Part shown: in pieces, positions 28,687-44,206 of the stretch
How the letters are laid out: the number at the start of each line of letters is the position of its first letter
How positions within the stretch are numbered: the first letter of the stretch is position 1
Assembly (NCBI RefSeq): GCF_009914755.1
Contig: NC_060934.1
Origin: the human T2T-CHM13v2.0 reference genome, Homo sapiens
Length of the DNA stretch: 64,000 nt
Reading direction: 5' to 3' (one strand)
The notes under the pieces: model-generated
Told to the model about the DNA's origin: nothing
Seen by the model: the letters and a program-made list of their open reading frames with translations, nothing else
Database searches by the model: none
Position numbers and translations under genes: made by a program

Positions 28687-28798
28687 ACTGGCTTTCCAGG
28701 CATTCTAACTGAATTACAATAGACAAAAATTAGTTGACAAAGTCAGCAACGTAGACCATGTAAACCTCATGATTCCTTATAGTGAAATAAACAGTGAG
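28687..28798 (+). other. Candidate plus-strand non-coding exon (112 nt)
   Basis: ttggctttctgttgtctctcttacag|ACT...GTGAG|gtaagt; near-consensus sites; all three frames closed. Confidence 0.4.
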
Positions 28799-28844
28799 GT
28801 AAGTACAGATAAACTTTAACATTTCAGTGAGTTAATAAACAAAA

Positions 28845-29140
28845 AGCCCTTTATTCATGTGAGAGTATAGTCATTGGTATGTGTTGAGAGAATGGATCCA
28901 CACAGTCATTCAGGGAACCCAGGCTGATGAAGGTTTTGACATTTTCAATGGGTGGTTTCTATAGCAACACTATCTGTTGTTATCCATCCAAAGGATGATG
29001 AAAGAGAGAGAGAGAAAAAAAACAGCACGTGGAAAGTTTCTTGGTCCAGGTGTATATCACTTCTGTCTATACCCCATTGGCCAGAATTATTTGTTCACAT
29101 GAACACACATAAGTACATGGGAGGGTGGGAAATATGGAGA
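28845..29140 (-). mobile_element. Ancient MaLR LTR fragment (MLT1K/L-like)
   Basis: cacacagtcattcagggaacccaggctgatg...atcacttctg...ccattggccagaa. Confidence 0.55.
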
Positions 29141-30330
29141 TTAAGGAAGTAGATGTGTTAAATATATATGATATATAATTATACATATGTATTCCAAGTA
29201 CATACATCTCATTCATTCTATTCCAGAATTAATAGCTTGTGATGAGAAGACAGGACTGGAATAGAATTGAGGATGAAATAAATAAAATTTAATTAATTAA
29301 ACAAGAGTAAATCTTTGCATGACAGCATGTCATGTGTTAAGGGATCTGATTAACACAACTCTTTGTAGCTGACATAAAACTACAATTTTTTTAAAAAAAG
29401 GAAAGCAAGTTAGTAAACCCACTAAAAATGGACAGATTTCTTTCTCAACTTGTTGAGGAGAGACATCATAGGATTCTTTCTATTATTTTAAGTTCCATCA
29501 AGTTTTTTCTCTCCCCGGAGAGCTAATTTCTTACTGCACTCTTGAGTCATGACAGATAATTAGAAAATCTGGTCAGGCTTTTGCGGTGCCATATTTCTGC
29601 AAGTTTTGTATTGTTATAAAATAGCTTCAGGGGAGACACACATACCAAAAAAAAAGGATAATAAGGGTGAGAGTACATTAGCCTAAAGTATAATTTTATT
29701 GTTTTCCATCTGTTGTAATTATGAAAATAAACTCATTGGTACTCTGATCAGCAGGATAAGTCATCAGAAAGATGCTTGTGTCTAGCAACATATCTTGTTA
29801 CATGTTATAAATAAGAACATCTTATCTGTATGGCTTTTTTCCCCCTTAGGAGCAGAGCCATTGCAATCTTCCCACTAGAAGAGTCATATTTTTTCCCCCT
29901 CAAACCAACATAGCTCAAGGGAATAGTATTTGTTTCAACCAAATCATTACTGCATATGGGATTTAGATTTGCATTTGCACCTATTTCCAAGGTGACTGAA
30001 AAAGCGTTATTTTAAGAAAATAACAATTTAAAAATCATAGTTGGAAGGGTATGTTTTCTCTCCACTTATTGAGTAAGAATAATATGTGTGCTATTGAGTG
30101 TGTAGGAGTACCCAGTGAGCATTTGTCAACTAAGTTTTACAGTGACAAACCAACTGAGTCAAGAAAAATAGGCTCGATTCTTCCTCTCTCGCTCTCTTAC
30201 TGCCTGAACTATGGAAAGCTTACTCTAAAGCATGCGCTGATTATTTTTAAATAGTAAGGGTGATTTCATTACCTTAAAGAGGACACGTGATTAACTGCCT
30301 TAACTCACTTCTTGTTTTCTCTAACTTCAG

Positions 30331-30427
30331 GAAGTGACATAACTGGCATTGATGATGGAAAAAATCAAAAGGAAGATTGTTTTCCTACAGCATCAATTTT
30401 ATATTTTCCTAAAAAATACTGTGAAAG
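30331..30427 (+). other. Candidate plus-strand exon
   Basis: cttcttgttttctctaacttcag|GAA strong acceptor; weak AAG|gttaat donor. Confidence 0.22.
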
Positions 30428-30723
30428 GTTAATGGCTACTTATCCATAAATATTGTCTTATATAATGTATTTTTCATTACTGGTAGAAGAAGGAAATCAT
30501 AGAAACAAAAGAAAGTAAATTTTTAGATTTTAATAGGGACCAGTGATTCTCTCAATTCTTAAATATCTCTAGTCATCAGCCATATTTGAGAACCACTGCT
30601 CATGGTAACTCATTAATTTTAGAAATACAGGCCAGAGAGTGAAGTCATACAACTAGGGGCTGGCAGAGTGAGGACACGGTGAGAAAGTGGGCTTTTTTGG
30701 TTTTTGTTACCTCCCTCCATGAC

Positions 30724-30724
<1 letters not shown>

Positions 30725-30770
<46 letters not shown>
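30725..30770. repeat. (CA)n microsatellite, ~23 units
   Basis: Perfect AC run. Confidence 0.97.
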
Positions 30771-30773
<3 letters not shown>

Positions 30774-31312
30774 TATAAGAAGAAATGTGAGCGCAGGATC
30801 TTGTTGCTATCACTCATGATAATTCTAGTTGACATACAGGAACAAAGAGTGATAGGTTTTCTTCACCTTAACATGATGTGAAGGCCCTGCAAAGTAGTGA
30901 AATATCTTTCCTAATTTAAGGGATACTGAATGGACTCAACCACTAGCAGAAGGACATCCTAGCAGAGTACTGAGAATTTTCTTTTTGGAGTGTCCCAGTC
31001 CATCCATGAAGAAGGCTGCTTCAGTATTTTGAGTTTCAGCATTTCTCAGTTTGGGGTTTTTGAGCAAGGGTTGCTACTTACAATTTTCTAAAGACCCTGA
31101 CCTGAGTTAGATTTCCAGGGGATTGATGATACACTGAGTGGAAGAACCATCAAGAGTCCAATTGATGGCCCCAGGGAGCTGCAAAGAAGGTGCTTCTCAT
31201 AGATTAGTTGATTTCAATTTCTTTGAAAGGAATGTGGTCCACTGGACAACTTCTTACTGTTCCTCCTGTGCTCCTGTCCCTAGATCTCCAGAACTCATAG
31301 TTTAGTTTTATA

Positions 31313-31619
<307 letters not shown>

Positions 31620-32230
31620 TAAACGTGTATTATAATAAATATATAATATTTACAACTTTGTAAACATATGTAAATAGGAGTTGTTTTAGAAAATTGTGGA
31701 ATTGTTAAAGGAGTCTCCCACCTCAAACCATTTTCCCCAGGGTCTCTCAGAGTACACAAGGAAATATGAGTTCCTCTTGCTTTGACATCTGGGTGGGGAT
31801 GAATTAAAGAACATTCCAATGCATAGTAATTACCTTGTAATCAAAGTTAAGTGTAAGGATCAAGGAATTCTGATTGGTGCTAAATCCATTTCATAAAAAA
31901 TAAGCAATCTCAAGATTTCTCAAAGGAGTGAATGACTGGATAAACAACCAATCGGAGACTGAAGTGAAGTTACAAAGGCCACACGCCTAGGCAAACATCT
32001 GATGAACCAAATTACCTCATGAATGGGAAAAAAAGTTAGACAGGACAGAATCCGCTTGCAGTTGGCTAAAAAGTTGGGAATTGTTTGGTGAAGAATAGAA
32101 ATCACTGGAGGCCTTTTAGTAGGAATATAGCATGGCTAGATTTATGATTTTGGAAGATTTTCTGGCAATGGGAAGTGTTATGCTAACAGAAAATACACAG
32201 TGACTTTTAATCATTCTGTCATAATCTCAC

Positions 32231-32643
32231 TGTATTATTCTGTTCTCACATTGCTATAAAGAAATACCTGAGACTGGGTAATTTATAAGAAATGAGGTTT
32301 AATTGGCCCACAGTTCTATAGGCTGTACAGGAAGCATGACATCATCTGCTTCTGGGGAGGCCTCAGGGAGCTTCCAATCGCGGTGGAAGGCAAAGGGATT
32401 GTGAGGCGTCTCACACGGTGGGAGCAGGAGCACAGAGGGTAGCAGATGCTACACACTTTTAAACACCCAGATCTCCTGAGAACTCACTCAGCATCACGAG
32501 GACAGTGCCAAGTGGATGGTGCTAAATCATTCACGAGAAACTGCCCCTGGGATCAAATAACCTCTCACCGAGCCCCACCTCCGGCCTTGGGGATTACATT
32601 TCCACATGAGATTTCAGCAGGGACACAGACCTGAGCCCTATCA
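32231..32643 (-). mobile_element. MSTA/MSTB solo LTR
   Basis: tgtattattctgttctcacattgctataaagaaatacctgagactggg...ccctatca; TSD ctcac/cccac. Confidence 0.9.
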
Positions 32644-33029
32644 CCCACTAAAACCCCTGTGATTTAAAACTCAAAGGAATGTAAAGGGCAAACATGTTAC
32701 TGAGTTGCAGCAGCCTAGTGCCTTCGCTTTTAACTAATATACATGCATATTAATGTTTCTCTTTGTGGCTTGTAATTTGCTTTAGGGATGTCTGGCTGCT
32801 TCCTCTCTTTACTGTACAAATTGTCACTAGTTCCAGGGTTCTCCTAACCTCCTCTCTTACCTAATGTCTCTCTTCCTCTCCTTTCTTCCACTGTTCCCCA
32901 GAATACAAAATTACTCATTTGATTTCCTCACCTTTTAAAACAAACCTGCATTGTTGTTTTACTGCTTGATTAAAATACATTAAACTTTGGAAGATGGAGT
33001 GGAAAACATAAAATAATTTTCCATGATGA

Positions 33030-33187
33030 ATTTTTTTAAGAGGTGGCATCTCACTCTGTTACCTATGCTGGGGTGCAGTGGCATGATCATGGCTCACTGC
33101 AGCCTAGAACTCCTGAGCTCAAGCATCCTCCTGCTTCAGCCTCCTGAGCAGCTGAGACTATAGGTATGCGACACCATGCCCAGCTAA

Positions 33188-33238
<51 letters not shown>

Positions 33239-33347
33239 GGAGTCTTGCTATGTTGCCCAGGCTGGTCTCAAACTCCTGATCTCAAGTTATCCTCCTGCCA
33301 TGGCTTCCCAAAGTGCTGAGATAATAGACACGAGCATCACTCTAGGA
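33030..33347 (-). mobile_element. AluJ with (GT)n expansion in the middle linker
   Basis: Antisense AluJ; (GT)~22 at 33191-33234. Confidence 0.92.
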
Positions 33348-33564
33348 CTTGTCTCATCTTAATATCGAAAAACAACCGCAGTTGACAACTTTATGCATTT
33401 CAAATAGTCTTTAGTCCATCAACAATATTTGATGTATTACAAGTTTGGGAACATATCATGCATAAGACTTGTATCCTGTCTTTTCATCTTAACACACATT
33501 AACATGAGTGTTGTTCTGGAAATTTTAGTCTACGTGAACTCTCATTGGTTATAGAATCTCCACT

Positions 33565-33655
33565 AGTGCTATAATTCTCAAACTGTGGCCTCCTGATGAA
33601 CAGCGTCAGTATGACCTGGAAGTTTAGTTGAAATGTGCAGAGTTTAAGAACCACA
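33565..33655. mobile_element. Internally deleted MER5A-like remnant
   Basis: ttctcaaactgtggcc...cagcgtcagtatgacctggaagtttagttgaaatgtgcag...tttaagaaccac. Confidence 0.5.
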
Positions 33656-34069
33656 TACCCTGACAACTACCAGAGCAGAATCACTGCTTTTTTTTACTGT
33701 ACAGCTCCAGTATGGCCTCAGGCAATATTATCAAAGGACTATATGCTAGACCATTGTAAAGATGGTATGTTTTTAATATTTCTATTGATTTCACCTCCCC
33801 TAAGAGGAAGACACTTAGTCAATTAGACAATACCTCACTGCCCTATCTATTGTCTGCTCCCCAGACCCCAAGAACCCATGATAATTATTTTCTTGGTTTT
33901 AGCAGACTCCTAAGATACAATTGACAAAAACTATATAACTGGTTTTATATTTTTTAGTTTTGTTATAATAAAAAATATAATTTTTCATCTTTTAGTCCTC
34001 ATGGACGTTTGAATAAGCATGTTTAGGAAAAGTCCTGAGATCTCATTCTGCAGCAGTGATTCTTTCCAG

Positions 34070-34182
34070 AACTGCCAAGTTTGGTTATGCAGGTTGTGAA
34101 CTGCAAAACCTCCAGGAGTGCCATTGACTTAGACTGCAGTGTAAATGATGCCTCTTAAAATTATGTAACACAGGAGTCCTGG
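34070..34182. mobile_element. MER91-like hAT MITE
   Basis: gcaggttgtgaactgcaaaacctccaggagtgccatt...gtaaatgatgcctc: degenerate palindrome. Confidence 0.5.
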
Positions 34183-35751
34183 CTCCTATGTTTAGCCAAC
34201 AAAGATAGGTGGTAGCAAGAAATATGGGTAGATTTTGACTAATTTCCTTAAAGAAGCTAGGGAGGTAGTATTACTGATAATCTTTATCTTCATTTAAAAC
34301 TAAGATGCTTAAATAAGGTGATTTTTTAAATACAGATTTCTTAAACTTACTTAGATAAACACAGATTCATTATGAAAATGGCTGGCATTTTATTTGATAT
34401 AACTTCCACAGGAGTATAATTGTTGAATGAACTGAGTTAATGGACGATCACTTGAATATTTTAGGAGAAACCACTTAAAATGAATATTTTCTTTAGAAAT
34501 TAGCCTGAAATATTTTGTTTTCTAAGTCTTCTTATTGAAAATTAGGTAACTTCAGAAATGTATGCTGAATAAACTGGCTAGTGTTATACTCCTCTGTGTG
34601 TTTGTGTATGTTTATGTAATGTATTCCAAATGTTTATATGTAATAGCATATAACCAATGTTTCCATGAGGCAATTTCCAGGCATGTTTTATATTCATTTC
34701 AAACAACCTTTATCCCACTAACAATATTTAATTATACTGATATTGCAAAGCAACTTGATGATTGTCTTATATAACAATACAATTTTCCTTCAGTAGTATC
34801 CATTTTTCCCCTTAAAGACCAGTGTGATACTACTAAGTGGTATCCTTTATGAACTAATGAGTCAAGTTGACAGATTGTAAAATGAATTGTGTCAGCCAAT
34901 CTTGACTGGAAATATCTTTCACATTCACTTTATGAGTTTAGACAGTCTAGTCTTCAGAATAATGCCTATGTTGAAATAAAATCACCTTAAGTAATAGGTT
35001 AAGGTGAGGAGTCTTTCTGATATCAAAATTTCCATATAGAGCTAGTGACTTTGTATATTTTCACAGATGATTGTTGTTTGAGCATAAAGTTTTTCCATAA
35101 GGACTCAATTGTGAAACAAAAAGAAATGAAAATGAAAAAAATATTTGTGTGATTTTTTTATATATACATACAGAGAGTGAACATATATATTTCACTTCTT
35201 ACAGTATATACACATATGTATACTGTGTTTCTAGCTCTGGGTTTGGTCTTCAGGCAAAACTTAGGGCTAATTTATTTTCATTTATTTGTACACTTTCTCT
35301 TTTCCACAAATGATTTGTGGAGGTTCACAAAATTGAGTACAATACACTGGCAAACACAGACTAAACCAAATAAATATAAACTGGAGGTCAGCGTTGCAGG
35401 CTTTGGGCAAGATGCCAGAATTAATCTTCTTAAGGCATGTTTGGACAATTTTGAGCAACCATTAAACAAGATGTCAAGGCTGAATCTATTGTGACGTAAT
35501 CATAGGTTAAGCCTAACGTATTTTCGTGTTGTTAGTTACACGTTATTAAAGCATGGCCACAAAGACTCTAGTGGAATTTCTTGGCTAACTCAATAGATGG
35601 TAGGGTCTTGGTAGTGGTGGTAGTTTTGGTTTATTTTTAATTAATGGTATTCTTATGCTACATAGATCTTGTGCATAGTAAAAAGAAACAATGACCGCTC
35701 AGATGGTGAGCAGTGAGACAGGTTGGCAGTTTATATCTAAGATTGGCCATA

Positions 35752-35786
35752 AGGTGAAAGGTCATTCACCACAGGGTGAAAGGTAA
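35752..35786 (+). promoter_or_regulatory. Tandem DR1 nuclear-receptor elements
   Basis: AGGTGA-A-AGGTCA (35752-64) and GGGTGA-A-AGGTAA (35774-86). Confidence 0.4.
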
Positions 35787-35979
35787 TTAGTAATGAGGAG
35801 TGATTTCTAGTCCCTGGAATGGAAATACTGAGATATTGTTCCTGAATATTTTGGAAAGTTGCTTGTTATTAGGTAATAAAGTGACTCAACTCTGCCTAAC
35901 TTTTGTGACACAACAGCTAGATAAAATTTGACTAGCTTCAAGGAGGCTTTAAGCTCTTGCTATATATTATTTCGTTCTG

Positions 35980-36115
35980 TTTTTTAAATTGATGTATAAT
36001 AATTTTAATAGTTATGACGTGGATAAGAATGCTTCAATATGTAGAATGTATGGTGAACAGATCAGATCAGGATAGCATATCCATTGTCTCAAACATTGGT
36101 CATTTCTTTGCGTTG
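35980..36115 (-). mobile_element. L1MA 3' end fragment
   Basis: aaattgatgtataataatt...atcagatcaggatagcatatcc...catttctttg. Confidence 0.55.
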
Positions 36116-36626
36116 CTATACTTTTGAAGTCAGTACATCACTATCTCTCTCATGTGCAATCACCATTCACTCAAATGTCCAACCTCAGGAACACATTCAA
36201 CTTTGACAGCTCGTTCTTCCACTCACACAACTTCAGCAACTACTCCTAGCAATTCTACCTCAGAAGTGTCTTCCTATTCATTAGAAGACAAATCTATCAT
36301 CCAGTCTCATTGAATTACAGCTTACTAATCACAGTTCTACAAAACAGGTAGGAACGCAAGCAGCTGCTATTTATACATGACCCCTGCCTTTTGTTTGTCT
36401 TATTTTTTAAATTTTATTATTATTATACTTTAAGTTTTAGGGTACATGTGCACAATGTGCAGGTTTGTTAAATATGTATACATGTGCTATGTTGGTGTGC
36501 TGCACCCATTAACTGGTCATTTAGCATTAGGTATATCTCCTAATGCTATCCCTCCCCACTCCCCCAACCCCACAACAGTCCCCCGTATGTGATGTTCCCC
36601 TTCCTGTGTCCGTGTGTTCTCCTTGT

Positions 36627-40458
<3,832 letters not shown>

Positions 40459-40521
40459 TATGATGTTAGTTGGTTATTTTGCTTGTTAGTTGATGCAGTT
40501 TCTTCCTAGCCTTGGTGGTCT

Positions 40522-41473
40522 TTACAATTTGGCATGCTTTTGCAGTGGCTGGTACTGGTTGTTCCTTTCCATGTTTAGTGCTTCCTTCAAGAGCTCTTTT
40601 AGGGCAGGCCTGGTGGTGACAAAATCTCTCAGCATTTGCTTGTCTGTAAAGTATTTTATTTCTCCTTCACTTACAAAGTTTAGATTGGCTGGATATGAAA
40701 TTCTGGGTTGAAAATTCTTTCCTTTAAGAATGTTGAATATTGGCCCCCACTCTTTTCTGGCTTGTAGAGTTTCTGCCGAGCTATCAGCTATTAGTCTGAT
40801 AGGCTTCTCTTTGTGGGTAACCCGACCTTTCTCTCTGGCTGCCCTTAACATTTTTTCTTTCATTTCAACTTTGGTGAATCTGACAATTATGTGTCTTGGA
40901 GTTGCTCTTCTCAAGGAGTATCTGTGTGGCGTTCTCTGTATTTCCTGAATCGGAATGTTGGCCTGCCTTGCTAGATTGGGGAAGTTCTCCTGGATAATAT
41001 CCTGCAGAGTGTTTTCCAACTTGGTTCCATTCTCCCTGTCACTTTCAGGTACACCAATCAGACGCAGATTTGGTCTTTTCACATAGTCCCATATTTCTTG
41101 GAGGCTTTGTTCATTTCTTTTTATTCTTTTTTCTCTAAACTTCTCGCTTCATGTCATTCCTTTCGTCTTCCATCACTGATACCCTTTCTTCCAGTTGATC
41201 GCATCAGCTACTGAGGCTTGTGCATTCGTCACATAGTTCTTGTGCCATGGTATTTGTCTAATTTTTTTTCAAGGTTTTTAACTTCTTTGTGATTGGTTCA
41301 AACTTCCTCCTTCAGCTCGGAGTAGTTTGATCTTCTGAAGCCTTCTCTCAACTCGTCAAAGTCATTCTCCGTCCAGCTTTGTTCCTTCCTGGTGAGGAGC
41401 TGTGTTCCTTTGGAGGAGGATAGGCGCTCTGATTTTTAGAGTTTCTGGTTTTTCTGCTCTGTTTTTTCCCCAT
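40522..41473 (-). pseudogene. L1 ORF1p, disrupted
   Basis: MGKKQSRK start at 41473; C-terminal piece KRPNLRLIGVPE...QPLQKHAKL; frameshift near 41385 and internal deletion near 41250. Confidence 0.93.
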
Positions 41474-42555
41474 CTTTGTGGTTTTATCTACCTTTGGTCT
41501 TTGATGATGGTGATGTACAGATGGGTTTTTGGTGTGGATATCCTTTCTGTTTGTTAGTTTTCCTTCTAACAATCAGGACCCTCAGCTGCAGGTCTGTTGG
41601 TGTTTGCTGGAGGTCCACTCCAGACCCTGTTTGCCTGGGTATCAGCAGTGGTGGCTGCAGAACAGTGAATATTGGTGAACCGCAAATGCTGCTGCCTGAT
41701 CATTCCTCTGGAAGTTTTGTCTCAGAGGAGTACCCAGCCACGTGAGGTGTCAGTCCACCCCTACTGGGGGGTGCCTCCCAGTTAGACTACTCGGGGGTCA
41801 GGGATCCACTTGAGGCGGCAGTCTGCCCGTTCTCAGATCTCAAGTTGCCTGCTGGGAGAACCAGTACTCTCTTCAAAGCTGTCAGACAGGGACATTTAAG
41901 TCTGCAGAGGTTACTGCTGCCTTTTGTTTGTCTGTTCCCTGCCCCCAGAGATGGAGCCTACAGAGGCAGGCAGGCCTCCTTGAGCTGTGGTGGGCTCCAC
42001 CAAGTTCGAGCTTCCTGGCTGCTTTGTTTACCTATTCAAGCCTCGGCAATGGTGGGCGCCCCTCCCACAGCCCAGCCTCGCTGCCACCTTGCAGTTTGAT
42101 CTCAGGCTGCTGTGCTAGCAATGAGCGAGGCTCTGTGGGCGTAGGAACCTCTGAGCCATGTGCGGGATATAATCTCCTGGTGTGCCATTTGTTAAACCAC
42201 TTGGAAAAGCGCAGTATTAGGGTGGGAGTGACCTGATTTTCCAGGTGCCGTCTGTCACCCCTTTCTTTGACTAGGAAAGGGAATTCCCTGACCCCTTGCA
42301 CTTCCCAGGTGAGGTGATGCCTCACCCTGCTTTGGCTCACACACGGTGCCCTGCACCCACTGCCCTACACCCACTGTCCGGCACTCCCCAGTGAGATGAA
42401 CCTGGTACCTCAGTTGGAAATGCAGAAATCACCCATCTTCCACATTGCTCATGCTGGAAGCTATAGACTGGAGCTGTTCCTATTTGGCCATCTTGTTTGT
42501 TTTTCAAAATCCAGGGCATAACTCTGCATCAGTAGATCTTCAAGCACTATCATTG

Positions 42556-42690
42556 AATTTTTTTGTTTTTTATAGACAGAGTCTCACTATGTTACACAAG
42601 GTGGTCTTGAACTCCCAGCCTCAAGCAGTCCTCTCTTGCCTCAGCTTCCCAAAGTGCTGGGATTACAGGTGTGAGCCACTGCACCTGGCC
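42556..42690 (-). mobile_element. FLAM / Alu left monomer
   Basis: Monomer flanked by 15-bp TSD atcttcaagcactat (42536-50, 42693-707). Confidence 0.9.
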
Positions 42691-43334
42691 CAATCTTCAA
42701 GCACTATGAATAGTTAGGTTAGGTAAGCAACATATGAAGCAGTGAGTGTTTTCATTTGTTTCTGTTTTATTGTTTTATGAATACCTTGGGTAGGAGATTC
42801 AGGGCTTGTATGGGGATTTTTGCATATATTTATATGAAATCCATCTTCACTCCACCAAAGCATCTTCCAAGTTGCTTTCCAAAATAACAGTGTTTTTATT
42901 CATTTCTCCCATCCCACCTTCATCTGCCTTTAAAGCTCCTTGTGGATGGCAAATCAGATGCACTGTTATTCCCTAGAGTCTTGTGTTTTTGGCTCTTCAG
43001 AGCAGCCAACTATGTTCAGTGTGGCCCTCGGCAGTAATATCTGGAAAAACTCTCATGTGTAGAGATCTTTTAAAAGTGCTGGAAAGTGGAATGGAGGCTT
43101 CTCAATTCTCTGCTGGTGTCCTGGGTCTCTGACAATAAAGGGAAAAACTGAACCCACAGGTATTCTTCCACTGATGACTGGAAAATGCCACAGGTCTCTT
43201 TTCTTGCAACATTTTATTCCTCCAACCCATGCTGTTTTTTACCAAACTAGGAGAAAATGAAGCTCCTAGAAGTTATGTTCCATAAAATAATAAAATAGAA
43301 CTGTGGTTTACATGTTTTACAGTTATAACCATAC

Positions 43335-43470
43335 GGGTTGGGCATGGTGCCTCACACTTGTAAACTCGGCAGTTTGGGAAGCCTAGGAAGGAAGATCTCT
43401 TGAGGCCAGGATTTTGAGACCAGCCTGGAAAACATAGTGAGACCCCATCTCTAAATAATAATACATACAT
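43335..43470 (+). mobile_element. FLAM / Alu left monomer
   Basis: ggttgggcatggtgcctcacacttgtaa...gagaccagcctggaaaacatagtgagaccccatctct. Confidence 0.88.
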
Positions 43471-43760
43471 TAAACCATAGGAAGAGAGGTGGCAATTAGT
43501 GTAGACACAACAGTCCTAGTACCTGGTAAGGTCACAGGTAGACAGTAACCCAAGGCACCTGCATAAACCTTATGTGAATCAGGCATATTTAATCTAATCC
43601 ACCAGTCTAGGGAGCATCCACAACATCTGAGTTAATGACCACCTTACCAAAGACAGCACATAATATTTTCAAGCACTTTAACATCTCAGATAATCAATCC
43701 ATAAAAAGTAGATCCATATTAAGTATGTGAGCTCTTTTTTGCTCCTGCTCTATCTCCCTT

Positions 43761-44133
43761 TGATATGGTTTGGGTGTGTCCCCACCCAAATCTCATCTTG
43801 AATTGTAGTTCACATAAACCCCATGCGTCATGGGAGGGACCCTGTGGGACGTAATTGAATCATGGGGGTGGTTACTGCCATGCTGCTGTTCTGGTGATAG
43901 TGATTGAATTCTCACAAGGTCTGATGGTTTTACAAGGGGCTTTCCCCACTTTTGCTGGCACTTCTTCCTGCCACCATGTGAAGAAGGATGTGTTTGCTTC
44001 CCCTTCTGTGATGATTGTAAGTTTCCTGAGGCCTCCCCAGCCGTGCTCAACTGTGAGTCAATTAAGCCTCTTTCTTTTATAAATTACCCTCTTCGGTATG
44101 TCTTTATCAGCAGCATGAGAACGGACTAATATA
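43761..44133 (+). mobile_element. THE1C/THE1D solo LTR
   Basis: tgatatggtttgggtgtgtccccacccaaatctcatcttgaattgtag...acggactaatata; perfect 5-bp TSD ccctt. Confidence 0.95.
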
Positions 44134-44159
44134 CCCTTTCATTCTTCTATTTTTGTTAC

Positions 44160-44165
<6 letters not shown>

Positions 44166-44205
<40 letters not shown>
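44166..44205. repeat. (TA)n microsatellite
   Basis: Perfect TA run. Confidence 0.96.
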
Positions 44206-44206
<1 letters not shown>

